A stretch of 63,965 nt of DNA, filler included, from Octopus bimaculoides (GCF_001194135.2; 6 parts of 5 records of this genome joined end to end with filler, not necessarily neighbours in it), one strand, 5' to 3'; numbered from the whole stretch's first letter, positions 50,861 through 63,059 are shown. Translations and numbers: made by a program. Notes: generated from the letters alone by a model not told the origin.

Positions 50861-51098
50861 TAATATATCTGTTGAAATGAATGGAGTGGAAATTACCAAT
50901 GTAACATTCCGTTGAGAAATTTGTCAAAACACTTTCATTATCCTTATCATCAACAAATTATTGGATATAGTCGAAACGACTGTCTCCACCTAGCGACATA
51001 TTCTGTTTGTAATAGTCACTCCCTCACACATACATACACATATATAGATACGTATTAACAAACACATACAAATACATACATGTGTATATACGTCTGTG

Positions 51099-51134
<36 letters not shown>

Positions 51135-52544
51135 CGCACGTGCGCATCATATCACAACAGTGACAGATATTTCATCTAAACTGTCTCCTGCTCATTTTTG
51201 ACCTCATGCCAATACACATAGCAGAAGAATATCTAATAACATTGGAAATAATACCTTCAATAAATTCCAGATTGAACACTAATCCCTGTTATGTCTCTAC
51301 AAACAACACATCGTTACATGAATGATGCACAAAGAATGATATGAAATATCTTTAAAAGCATTTTACAGGCCCTGCTACTAAGTTAATGATAACCTGGGCC
51401 AAAACTGGCTGAAACTTATTGAAGTATATAAACAAAGTAAATAAATATATGTGTGTTTCTGTGTGTGGGTGTGTAAGTTTATATATATATATATATTCAT
51501 ATATGTAACTATATATATATATAGTTGAATTGTTGAGAGGGAAGGTCTTCAAAGTATCCTTGATATTTCTTGTGGCGCGGGATTAACTGATCAATAGCGA
51601 TATTTGAACGCGTACTTCAAAGTTAATTTCATAATGCTTAACTTTAATTCTGGTCTTGAAAATATTTGATGACAGGCAACGTAATTGGAAATGAAAAGTT
51701 TACAAGGCCGGAACAGATACCCGCTCACTCTTTACTTTTAACTAGTACTTTGCACCCCGAATGATAGAAAAATAGCGGAAATTGAAATACCAGAACTCAT
51801 TCATTTACGTTTTACTCGTTTTTACTCGTTATAATTCGTTTTTTTTCTTTGTTTTCTTTCTTTCTTTTTCATTTTTCCGGATTATGATCATTTTGTCTCT
51901 TAATTTGTACCAACATTTCTTGAAGAATCTTTATGTAAACTGTTCAGAATGTCATGGTAAAGAATTCGTTTTAATAACATAACACTTTTGTTCGCGTGAA
52001 ATGCACGTTGATAACCGCTTCTCTCTACTGCTGTATGACGTTAGAGCATCAAGTTCTAAATGTCATATTCTAGACTTTTGGCGTTATACAACCTTAACTG
52101 ACTTGTTGGCCTCAGGTACGTCTAGTGAGAATATAATATGTCTCCTAAAACAAAATGTTTTAAGAATTATTTCTAGCTAGAATATTGCTGCACATATTTC
52201 TTGACTGTATTTGTTTGTAATATTTTCCTGTAGCCTGCCGGGGTCGACTTAGCCACTGTCCCCCTCCCCCAAAATTTTCGGTCTTGTGCCTAGAGTAGAT
52301 AAGAATATTTTTTTGTAGCTTCAATTTCCTTTTTTTTTCTTTTTCTTTCTTTTTATACATTTTAAATACATGAATTAACACTCCCAAATGGAAGACAAGA
52401 AATTCTATGGGATATATTAATTTTTACCAATCTGCTAAATGCATTTCAACATGTAGAAATATTTTCTGAATATCTGTTGTGGTTGATGTGACCGTTGTTA
52501 TTGCTGTTGTTACTGTTGTTCTTATATTTGTCCGTCTTTGTGTT

Positions 52545-52660
52545 CTGGGTTCAAATTCCACCGAAGTCGGCCTTGCTTTTCATTCATTTCAGAGTCGATA
52601 AAATAAGTACCAGTTATTCACTGGGGTCTATGTAATCGACTAATCTCCCCACAAACTTTC
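52545..52660 (+). mobile_element. SINE family C
   Basis: ttctgggttcaaattccaccgaagtcggccttgctttt...aataagtaccagtt. Confidence 0.7.
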
Positions 52661-53010
52661 AGCCCTGTTCTGATGGTAATTCCTAACTTCTCAAGTCTTA
52701 CATCCAATCCTTTACCAACTGCTCTCATAGGACCAGCCACAATCGGTACCACATCTATGTTCCCGATTCTCCATAGTTTCCTGATTTCCCTTTTCGGCTC
52801 CTGATATTTCCCCACTCTTTCACTTTCCTTCTCATTTACCCTGTTGTCTCAAGGTGAAGCAATATCCACAATAATTGCTTAGTTCTTCTTTTCTACAACA
52901 ACGATATCATGTTTCCTAGCCATAATAACTTGCTCACTCTGGATGGTTTTATTTCAAGTCTCATATTGTTCGTTTACAGCAAACCTTCCCGGTTGGTTCT
53001 CATACCATTT
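52660..53010 (-). mobile_element. Dong/R4-like LINE REL-domain fragment
   Basis: DIVVVEKKN.AIIVDIASP.DNRV...KYQEPKREIRKLW...VVPIVAG. Confidence 0.8.
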
Positions 53011-53294
53011 CTCATACCATATACAGTCATCACATTCTGTTAAAATTGCTTATTAATGTGTTTGGTTTCTTTCTTTCCCTAATGAGAAGATTGCATTGTT
53101 TTACAACAATTTATTCCTTTTGGAATAATACCAGTGTTGTCTTTGAAACATATGTCGGAAGTAAAAGAATTTGAATAACACCTGCGTTTAACTCCATTTA
53201 TTTATTTCTCTCTCTCACTCTCTCTTTCTCTCTCTCTCTCTCACTCTCTCTCTCTATCTCTCTCTCTTTCTATATATATATATAGAAAGTCGCA

Positions 53295-53414
53295 GGATTG
53301 GCTGTGTGGTAAGAAGCTTGCTTACCAACCACATGGTTCCGGGTTCAGTCCCACTGCGTGGCACCTTGGGCAAGTGTCTTCTACTATAGCCTCGGGCCGA
53401 CCAAAGCCCTATGA
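53295..53414 (+). mobile_element. SINE family A (young, CpG-intact; cut by the spacer)
   Basis: ggctgtgtggtaagaagcttgcttaccaaccacatggttccgggttcagtcccactgcgtggcaccttgggc. Confidence 0.85.
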
Positions 53415-53514
53415 NNNNNNNNNNNNNNNNNNNNNNNNNNNNNNNNNNNNNNNNNNNNTTAATTAATTAANNNNNNNNNNNNNNNNNNNNNNNNNNNNNN
53501 NNNNNNNNNNNNNN
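53415..53514. other. Artificial scaffold spacer
   Basis: 44N-TTAATTAATTAA-44N. Confidence 0.95.
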
Positions 53515-53547
<33 letters not shown>

Positions 53548-54721
53548 TACACACATCTATAGTTAATCTGTGTATGAATTAAATATGATTTTCAACATCC
53601 CTGTGGGATTTGAAAATAGTAAATAATAATAATAATGATAATAATAATAATAATAATAATTTATCACATAAAAATAAATATGTAATTATAATTTACTTAT
53701 AGATATTATATATTATCATTTGATTTTGATACTTATATATCTATCGTTTCTGTCTCCCGATGAGCTCAAGTGAATAATTGAAACTCTGTCACAGATTTTC
53801 CCCCTCTTTGTAGATATTTGAGTCTTCAAGATAAAAATAAATAATTAAATTAAAATAAAATAGTATATAGAAAATTACCCGCCGGGCTCATTTCTATAAA
53901 AAATGTTATTTAATAAATATGGTATATGCGCTTGTAAAATTTCATTTTTTTTTTTAAATGTATAGAAATTAAATAGTGTAAAAAATAAGAACCTTTGTTA
54001 AGATTACGTTTAAATAAATATAGGGACATAGCTATTTAGATTAGCCATTTTATATGGAGATAACTGGATGGATAAATGTTGGCCAGCGGATGGATGCACC
54101 AATCAGAGTATGAAAAAAAAAATACAACTAAGTGGAAGGGTGTTTGTTATGTATGTGTGTGTGTGTGTGTATACACACGCGCATCTAAAGATAATGAGCA
54201 GAGAAGTGAATGGATGGATTAACGAACAAAGATGGATATATATATATATAGGTTGTCAGTCAGGATAGCTAAATAAAGATAAGACAGAGCGATTAGCTAG
54301 CTCTATATAGATAAATAGAAAATAGAAATAGAAAAGGATGGTAGATAGACAGATGGATAGAAAGTATCAATATGTAAGACTGATTTGTATAATTAATATA
54401 ATAATGGATGGATCAAAATGTCTTCAATTCTTCCTTTTCCTCATCACAAAAAAAAGTTTCCCTCTTCTCCCCCCCTCTTCATCCCTTTCTTTCCTCTCTC
54501 TCTCTTAAAGTTTTTCCTTCTCATTATCTTTATTTTCATTTAGGAATTTCCTCTCAGTTTTTTTTTCATTGTTTTTATTTTTTGTTTGTTCGAACATTTT
54601 TTTTTTGATTCAGTTTTTTTTTTTTTGGTCTTGAGTGTGTGTGTGTGTGTGTATGTGTGTTTTAATTTGGGGGTGGTTTTGCTTGTTTTCTGGTTCCTGC
54701 TTTTTTTTTTTCGTTTTTTGG

Positions 54722-55009
54722 TTAGTGCATAGTAATCTCTTGATAATTTTCGCGACATCGAAACTGGATATCTATGTCTTTGACTGGTGGAAGGATTTCG
54801 TGTCCATGGTAGCTGATATCAAGTTCGGCCGTCTGTCCATTACAAATGTACATTTCAAATTTGTTTATTTGACTCACGAGGTACCATTTGGCTTGGAGAA
54901 TTGCGTAACGCTTACCAGGGCAGAGTGTACCAAAGGTCATTATTGGATTCTTCAGCTGTTTACCATTCTTGTAGAACTTCTGATCGACAAAGCGGTCATA
55001 TTTGTAAGT
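54722..55009 (-). CDS. CYP7/8-like P450 last exon (meander and heme-binding region)
   Basis: ttccag acceptor. It encodes TYKYDRF...IMTFGTLCPGKRYAILQAK...ILPPVKDIDIQFR...*; compare CYP7A1 TFKYDRY...PFGSGATICPGRLFA...ILPP. Confidence 0.92.
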   Translation of the reverse strand, partial: TYKYDRFVDQKFYKNGKQLKNPIMTFGTLCPGKRYAILQAKWYLVSQINKFEMYICNGQTAELDISYHGHEILPPVKDIDIQFRCRENYQEITMH

Positions 55010-55649
55010 CTGGAAAAAAACAATGAAAGAAAAAAAAAAATTAATAAATAGATATACATATACATTTACGAAATATATTTTCATATATAATTCAATTCTC
55101 ATTAGCAAAACCACTATCGCTACTGCACGAGAAATATACTACTCGTATATTTGTCTCCATTTTAACAATGTACGTCTAGAAGAGATATCAGCTCGTGAAG
55201 AATACCAGAGTTTTGTCAGTCTGTATTTACTTTAAGTATGATACGTAGATTGATATTTTGTTCTATTGTAAACGTTAAGTTTGAAAACGCGTGGCTTAAT
55301 GATTAAGTGTTCGGCTCACGCTCACGAGGTCGGTAGTTCGTTACTCGGCGGCGCATTGTATCCTTGAGCCAAAGACAGTTTTGCTTCATGTTGCTCCAAT
55401 CCACTCAGCTGGCAAAAATTAATTGTGCCAGTATTTTAAGGGCCCATGCCTCGACACATTGAAGGTCACGTTGGATCTGGAACATTCGTCATCGTAACTA
55501 ACCGAGTGCCAGTTAGTTATACAGCAAAAGACCCTTCGAGAACAAGTCCCTGGATTTTTATCTTTATTTTTAGATATACTAGGGACGATATGTCTGACTT
55601 GGCCCTTCAAGGCGTTGTAAAAGATAAAAAGATAATATTGAAAACCTAC

Positions 55650-55828
55650 CATAGGATTTTCAAAGATTTCAGGATCTTTATGAATGGCTGGTGGATAGAC
55701 AGCGACTCTGTCACCTTTTCGGATAAGAAACGTTTGACCGTTACACATCTTGAAATTGCAATCATCGCTAACGTAGCGTACCATGAAAACTCCACTGCAC
55801 AATCGTAAAGTCTCGTTGTTGATGCTAT
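55650..55828 (-). CDS. CYP7/8-like P450 exon (K-helix ExxR)
   Basis: cttacag acceptor. It encodes DSINNETLRLCSG...KGDRVAVYPPAIHKDPEIFENPM and ends ATG|gtaggt. Confidence 0.93.
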
Positions 55829-56280
55829 CTGTAAGGGAAAGAGAGAAAAGAAAATGATCAATACGAGTTTTTTTTAGGGTTGGCATTCGAAATAAGATAG
55901 TTGTTACGTTCGAAATGAAAGATAATTATTGCTAAATACTAAATTAATCACACACGTGCGAAACATTAGGCGGATTGTACACAAACACGCACTCACACAC
56001 ACATGCGTATCTACGAGGTTCATGTTCTCGTTAACCTCGTTGTTCGGCAAAACGTGACCGATAAAATAGGTACAAGAAACATATTCTGGGGTCGATTTGC
56101 CCCCCGACTAACCCATTTCTCAAGGCGGTGTCCCCAGCCTAGTCGCAGTCCAATGAATGGAACGAGTGAAATAGAAGACTCGCTGCAATCTAGAAGACTG
56201 TTCTGAAGACTTTGAAAAGTGCTAAAAAACATGCACACAAGAATTTACCCACAATGCACCGTAAATTAAAAAGTACTTAC

Positions 56281-57308
56281 CGAGAACTGGCATAGCTTCG
56301 ATTTCTTTAATGCTGAAGACAATAGGCCCAGTTTCGTCACTAGCACGTGACTCCATTTTTTGGCGAATCATTCCGGAGATTTCGTTGTAAAGTGCGTCGT
56401 AAGCTTCTCGGTTGCTTAGCAGGAAATACATGTTCCAGAAAGACAGACGAAATGTGTTGTAGTTGACGTGTAAATATACCAAGTTGTGTCCCATAATATC
56501 TTGTTCCGACTGGCCATGAGCAAGCATAAATTCGGTTGAGTAGCGTATATAATCGGACAGATCTTCGCGGGCGAGGATTTTCTTGGAAGACGGCTGTTTG
56601 CAGAGAACGTTGAGGGCTTCAATGGCTTTTGGAAATAGTTTGATAGGTAAGCCAAGCCAGAGGTAGTTGAAATAACGGTGGAATACATCGAAACAATGAT
56701 AGACGGTTTGTGGTTCAAAAACCTGATCGTCACTGCGACCGAAAATCGTATAAAACATGGCTGCGAAATTCGTTTTGGAAACGAACTTTCTGAGTCCGTC
56801 GGTTTCCTGACGGTGGCTTTTGATGTCATTGTTGTTGTTGTTGTTGACAACAGTGTTGCTTTTGTCAGTGTTGTTGTTGTTGTTGTTGTTGTCTTCGTCA
56901 TTTTTATCGCAGACGCTGTTGTTGTTCTTGTTGTTACCCTGCGCGACTTTGTTGAAGGCCTCGTCTAAATGGATCGCATACCGTCTCATTTCTGTGACCA
57001 AGTGCGAACCGCGGACGCGTTTGCCAGCCTCCTTGATCATTTTGCGGGCGTTGACAAGGACGAAGCTGAACACGTTCATGTTTACCTGCTTCTGGATCGG
57101 GTCGAAATCGAAGCATTTTTCACGGCTCATTGCCTCCACGCTGTGTGGATCGGCGATGATCGTCAACCGCTGATTAAAGAAACGGATTGTGAAAATGTCG
57201 CCATGACTCTTTTGGCTATCGTGTAAGAATTTGATGGCATCGTTTTTGAACTGTTCTCCGTTACCCCATATTATGTGACCTGGGACAATTGGAGGTTCAC
57301 CCTTCCGC
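56281..57308 (-). CDS. CYP7/8-like P450 large exon (N-terminal membrane-anchor exon 1 not found)
   Basis: tctccag acceptor. It encodes RKGEPPIVPGHIIWGNG...HGDIFTI...YTIFGR...NYNTFRLSFW...MPVL and ends G|gtaagt. It has the proline-rich hinge and I-helix pattern of the CYP7/8/39 group. Confidence 0.93.
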
Positions 57309-57890
57309 CTGGAGAAAAAGAAATTAAATAAAATAATTAAATAATTAAGAAACAAGAACATTACAAAAAAAAAAAAAGAAAATAGAAAAGTATAAATTAT
57401 TGTAGCAGGTAGTAGTACTCAATACATGTGAATTAGTCTTATTTTTTTTTATTCGAAGCCTTATGAGGTTAACTACATCGGTGTGCGTGCGTACGTGTGT
57501 GTGTGTCTCTGTGTGTACACAATATGATTGTTTTCAAGTACAGCGATTCTCAAACACGTTTGTTGGATTGGAAGTCGATATAAACGTTTCAGAATCAAAC
57601 GTTAATCGAGTACAGGGCGTGATATGGAAATTAAATTGAATGCCGAAAGGAAGTGGAGTTACGCAATCACGTTCAATAGCTTACAGTTGTTTCTGCTATA
57701 CGAAACTGCGCGCATATTTGATGGCATAAATGACGCAGTTATCAGCCCTCCCACTATATATGTGAAGTTAGCCAACTGATAAGCTCCAATACCTCAAATT
57801 TATCTCTTGTCCTGAATATGCAGTGTTGAGATTTTGAGATTAGAGCGCGGCTACATACATGCCCGTGCGTTTCTTGTACCATCAGATACT

Positions 57891-57935
<45 letters not shown>

Positions 57936-58035
57936 NNNNNNNNNNNNNNNNNNNNNNNNNNNNNNNNNNNNNNNNNNNNTTAATTAATTAANNNNNNNNN
58001 NNNNNNNNNNNNNNNNNNNNNNNNNNNNNNNNNNN
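57936..58035. other. Artificial scaffold spacer
   Basis: 44N-TTAATTAATTAA-44N. Confidence 0.95.
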
Positions 58036-58636
58036 ATATATATACACACACACACACAAACGAGGGAGAGTAATACAGAAATAAGCATGTCTGTTTCTGC
58101 ATATGTGTATGAGAGTGCTCGAGTATGTGTGCATGTGCTTGTGTGTGTGTGTGTGTGCGCGCGTGCATGCGTCCGTGCGTCTTCGCGGATGCATCCGCGC
58201 GCTCGCGCTGATGTACCTTAGTCTGTATGTATTCAAGTGTTACAACATCAGAGCCTCCGTGTATTTTTTTTTTCCAGTTTATAGCTTTTACATATTTATT
58301 TTTTCCAAAATGCATATATCCATCCATCCATACAATGCAAACATTGCAGACAGACAGACGAGCATAAAGACAGGATGACAGACAGGCAGCCGTACATGCA
58401 GACACACGTGTGTGTGTGAGTGTGTGTGTACGTATGTGTGTATATTTTTTTTTTATTTATTTATTTATATTTATATGCACAGGTGTGTGTATATGCGTGT
58501 GTGTTGTGTGTGTATTCGTATGTAAGCATGTATGATGCATATATATTATATGCATATAAATATATTTATATTTATATACACAGGTATGCACACATGTATA
58601 TACATAGATATACTTATGCACATGATGTATGTATAC

Positions 58637-58690
<54 letters not shown>

Positions 58691-60785
58691 NNNNNNNNNN
58701 NNNNNNNNNNNNNNNNNNNNNNNNNNNNNNNNNNNNNNNNNNNNNNNNNNNNNNNNNNNNNNNNNNNNNNNNNNNNNNNNNNNNNNNNNNNNNNNNNNNN
58801 NNNNNNNNNNNNNNNNNNNNNNNNNNNNNNNNNNNNNNNNNNNNNNNNNNNNNNNNNNNNNNNNNNNNNNNNNNNNNNNNNNNNNNNNNNNNNNNNNNNN
58901 NNNNNNNNNNNNNNNNNNNNNNNNNNNNNNNNNNNNNNNNNNNNNNNNNNNNNNNNNNNNNNNNNNNNNNNNNNNNNNNNNNNNNNNNNNNNNNNNNNNN
59001 NNNNNNNNNNNNNNNNNNNNNNNNNNNNNNNNNNNNNNNNNNNNNNNNNNNNNNNNNNNNNNNNNNNNNNNNNNNNNNNNNNNNNNNNNNNNNNNNNNNN
59101 NNNNNNNNNNNNNNNNNNNNNNNNNNNNNNNNNNNNNNNNNNNNNNNNNNNNNNNNNNNNNNNNNNNNNNNNNNNNNNNNNNNNNNNNNNNNNNNNNNNN
59201 NNNNNNNNNNNNNNNNNNNNNNNNNNNNNNNNNNNNNNNNNNNNNNNNNNNNNNNNNNTATACGTAGAAACACACAGTAGCACTATCCATACATTCATAC
59301 ATACACACCTACACACATATGTATGTATGTACGTGCATACATATATACATACATGCACACATATATGCGCACATACACGCATACACCCTTACATACCTAC
59401 ATACAAACGCTCATACACAGATATACCTACATCCATACGTACATACATACATAAATACGAACGTATGTACGAGCACGCATGCATACATAAACACATTGGT
59501 ATGCACATACACGCATACACACATACCTACATACAAGTACATATACACACATACATAGAGGCATACATGCATACTTACGTTCATACATAACCTATATACA
59601 AAACCTCACCATATATTAGAGAAAGGTATATAATATGCCGCAGCTAGAAAATGGCTGATCAAAGGAACGTAATCAATTAGTGGACTTCATTGCTCTCTTA
59701 GCTTGAAAGCGCAACAGAGAGACAGGCAGACGGACAGACAGGTGGACAGACAGAGAGACAGACGGACAGACAGATGGGCGGACATACAGATAGACAGACA
59801 GAGAGACAGACAGACTGACAGACAGGCGGACAGGCAGACAGAAGGAGAAATGTTGTACCATGGATACAACAAAAATTCAACAGTTGTATTATATATATAT
59901 ATGCATATATATATGTATGTATATATATATATATATATATATATNNNNNNNNNNNNNNNNNNNNNNNNNNNNNNNNNNNNNNNNNNNNNNNNNNNNNNNN
60001 NNNNNNNNNNNNNNNNNNNNNNNNNNNNNNNNNNNNNNNNNNNNNNNNNNNNNNNNNNNNNNNNNNNNNNNNNNNNNNNNNNNNNNNNNNNNNNNNNNNN
60101 NNNNNNNNNNNNNNNNNNNNNNNNNNNNNNNNNNNNNNNNNNNNNNNNNNNNNNNNNNNNNNNNNNNNNNNNNNNNNNNNNNNNNNNNNNNNNNNNNNNN
60201 NNNNNNNNNNNNNNNNNNNNNNNNNNNNNNNNNNNNNNNNNNNNNNNNNNNNNNNNNNNNNNNNNNNNNNNNNNNNNNNNNNNNNNNNNNNNNNNNNNNN
60301 NNNNNNNNNNNNNNNNNNNNNNNNNNNNNNNNNNNNNNNNNNNNNNNNNNNNNNNNNNNNNNNNNNNNNNNNNNNNNNNNNNNNNNNNNNNNNNNNNNNN
60401 NNNNNNNNNNNNNNNNNNNNNNNNNNNNNNNNNNNNNNNNNNNNNNNNNNNNNNNNNNNNNNNNNNNNNNNNNNNNNNNNNNNNNNNNNNNNNNNNNNNN
60501 NNNNNNNNNNNNNNNNNNNNNNNNNNNNNNNNNNNNNNNNNNNNNNNNNNNNNNNNNNNNNNNNNNNNNNNNNNNNNNNNNNNNNNNNNNNNNNNNNNNN
60601 NNNNNNNNNNNNNNNNNNNNNNNNNNNNNNNNNNNNNNNNNNNNNNNNNNNNNNNNNNNNNNNNNNNNNNNNNNNNNNNNNNNNNNNNNNNNNNNNNNNN
60701 NNNNNNNNNNNNNNNNNNNNNNNNNNNNNNNNNNNNNNNNNNNNNNNNNNNNNNNNNNNNNNNNNNNNNNNNNNNNNNNNNNNNN

Positions 60786-60853
<68 letters not shown>

Positions 60854-60931
60854 GTTATTATTACTATTATCATTATTATTTTAATCATGATTATTATTAT
60901 TATTATTATTTTATGTTTGACTTTTGCTTTG

Positions 60932-60986
<55 letters not shown>

Positions 60987-61140
60987 GCTATTATTATTAT
61001 CGCTGTCTGATAGATGGAAGGGGGTAGATATTCTTAATGGTTGACAGTGTGGAGATTTAAAGTTGAGTATGATCGGTGATCAGGTGTATACCTTAGTGTT
61101 CTCATAATTCCTTTTCCTCTGATTGATTATTAACGAGCTT

Positions 61141-61178
<38 letters not shown>

Positions 61179-61577
61179 ACATACACACACAAACACATGC
61201 ACACACATATAAGTGTATGTCTGTATGTATATGCACATGTGTGTGTGTGTTTGTATGTGGATGTGTGTACGTGTTTTTGTCTACATATGAAGTATATGTA
61301 TGTATAAATCTACATACGTATTTGTACACTGTGTACTTATGCATACATATCTGTATATACCAGATGTATATATGTCTATATATATGTATGTATATGCATG
61401 TACGCATATGTATGCGTATAATTATACTCCTATGTATATGTGTATACACACACACACACACATATGAATATATATACCTCACGTGCGAACCACGCATTTA
61501 CTCAGGTAACAATGTTGTAATGCATATATATCTACACACACACACATACATGCATACATACATACATATATGCATAC

Positions 61578-61620
<43 letters not shown>

Positions 61621-61777
61621 NNNNNNNNNNNNNNNNNNNNNNNNNNNNNNNNNNNNNNNNNNNNNNNNNNNNNNNNNNNNNNNNNNNNNNNNNNNNNNNN
61701 NNNNNNNNNNNNNNNNNNNNNNNNNNNNNNNNNNNNNNNNNNNNNNNNNNNNNNNNNNNNNNNNNNNNNNNNNNNNN

Positions 61778-61840
<63 letters not shown>

Positions 61841-62361
61841 TTTGCTTTCGTGAGCTGCACGCATTTTTTCGGGTCGCCATATTGAAAAAAACTTTTCAAA
61901 GCAAACAATTTTAACGAATAAGTAGGCACGTCGTGTTCTGATCTCACCTTATAACAAGGCATTAAAAGTACAGCTTTCCCTATTTAAATCAAATAAAATC
62001 AAGGGAAATCACTCTCAAGAGAAATTACTTGAAATGTGAGTTACCTGCATAGCTCATACGTCACGCAACAGCCTGGCACAAAAATATTATAAACTGTTTC
62101 ATCTTTCACTTATTATTTCAGTTATTGAATTGCAACCATGCTGGAGCACTGCCTTGAACGGTCTTGCCGAACAGATCTATCCCAGTACTCGTGTCTTTTA
62201 AGTCTGATACTTTCTATATCGGTGTCTTATGCTGATCCGCTAAGTTACTGGGATGTAAATGATTCAACAGCCGTTGTCAAGCGTTTTGGAGAACAAATGC
62301 AAACGCAAAGGCACATACACATACATATATACATACGTATATATGTGAGTGTACGTACATA

Positions 62362-62405
<44 letters not shown>
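58036..62405. repeat. Segment dominated by (AT)n, (AC)n, (ACAT)n, (AGAC)n, (ATT)n and (AGAT)n microsatellites and N gaps
   Basis: Direct observation; no coding signal. Confidence 0.85.
62130..62300 (-). mobile_element. SINE family B (degenerate)
   Basis: ccatgctggagcactgcc...gatccgctaagttactgggatgtaaat. Confidence 0.6.
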
Positions 62406-62505
62406 NNNNNNNNNNNNNNNNNNNNNNNNNNNNNNNNNNNNNNNNNNNNTTAATTAATTAANNNNNNNNNNNNNNNNNNNNNNNNNNNNNNNNNNNNNNN
62501 NNNNN
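62406..62505. other. Artificial scaffold spacer
   Basis: 44N-TTAATTAATTAA-44N. Confidence 0.95.
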
Positions 62506-62570
<65 letters not shown>

Positions 62571-63059
62571 GTATCCTGTATGTGTACCTGTATCCTGATA
62601 TATATCAGCTGTAGTAATATAAACGGCGGCAAGAATGCGGAGGTATTGACAAGACCAGGCTTAGATGGAGCTGTCGTGGCGCCAGTATTAGGCCTTTCGC
62701 TCTGTCAGTGTAATCCATGAGTTAAGGCCAGCAATGATATCTATTTGCAAACTTGGTTATAAATTAAGTGGAAGTAAAAGTACATAGCCTCTAGATATTC
62801 GGGCATAAAGTGACATAAGAGGAGTGGATTGCGAACTTACGACTCGTCGTATCGGTTTACTTACCTTCTGAGAACTAAAGCGTCTAGATATATCTGTCAA
62901 AGCCATTTGTATTGTCAACTGAGCTCATTTTTACCTCCGATTGATATCTAATACTACTCTACGTTTGTGAAAGTGTGTGTGCCTGTGTCTTTATATAAAG
63001 ACTTCTTTATATATATATATAAGTGGGATAAAGTAATAATCGAATACCGGAGTGAGTGT

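Noticed and set aside
53748-53796. Hammerhead-like CCGATGA...GAAACTCTGTC on the plus strand
   Set aside because: The core is mutated, there is no stem II, and stem I is offset by 3 nt.
7682-57308. TCTP + AFAP1-like + P450 as a functional gene cluster
   Set aside because: The genes lie on three different spacer-separated segments, so there is no evidence of real linkage.
708-62632. Long ORFs containing X runs or YIYI/HTHT/CVCV tracts
   Set aside because: They are artefacts of N gaps and dinucleotide or tetranucleotide microsatellites.
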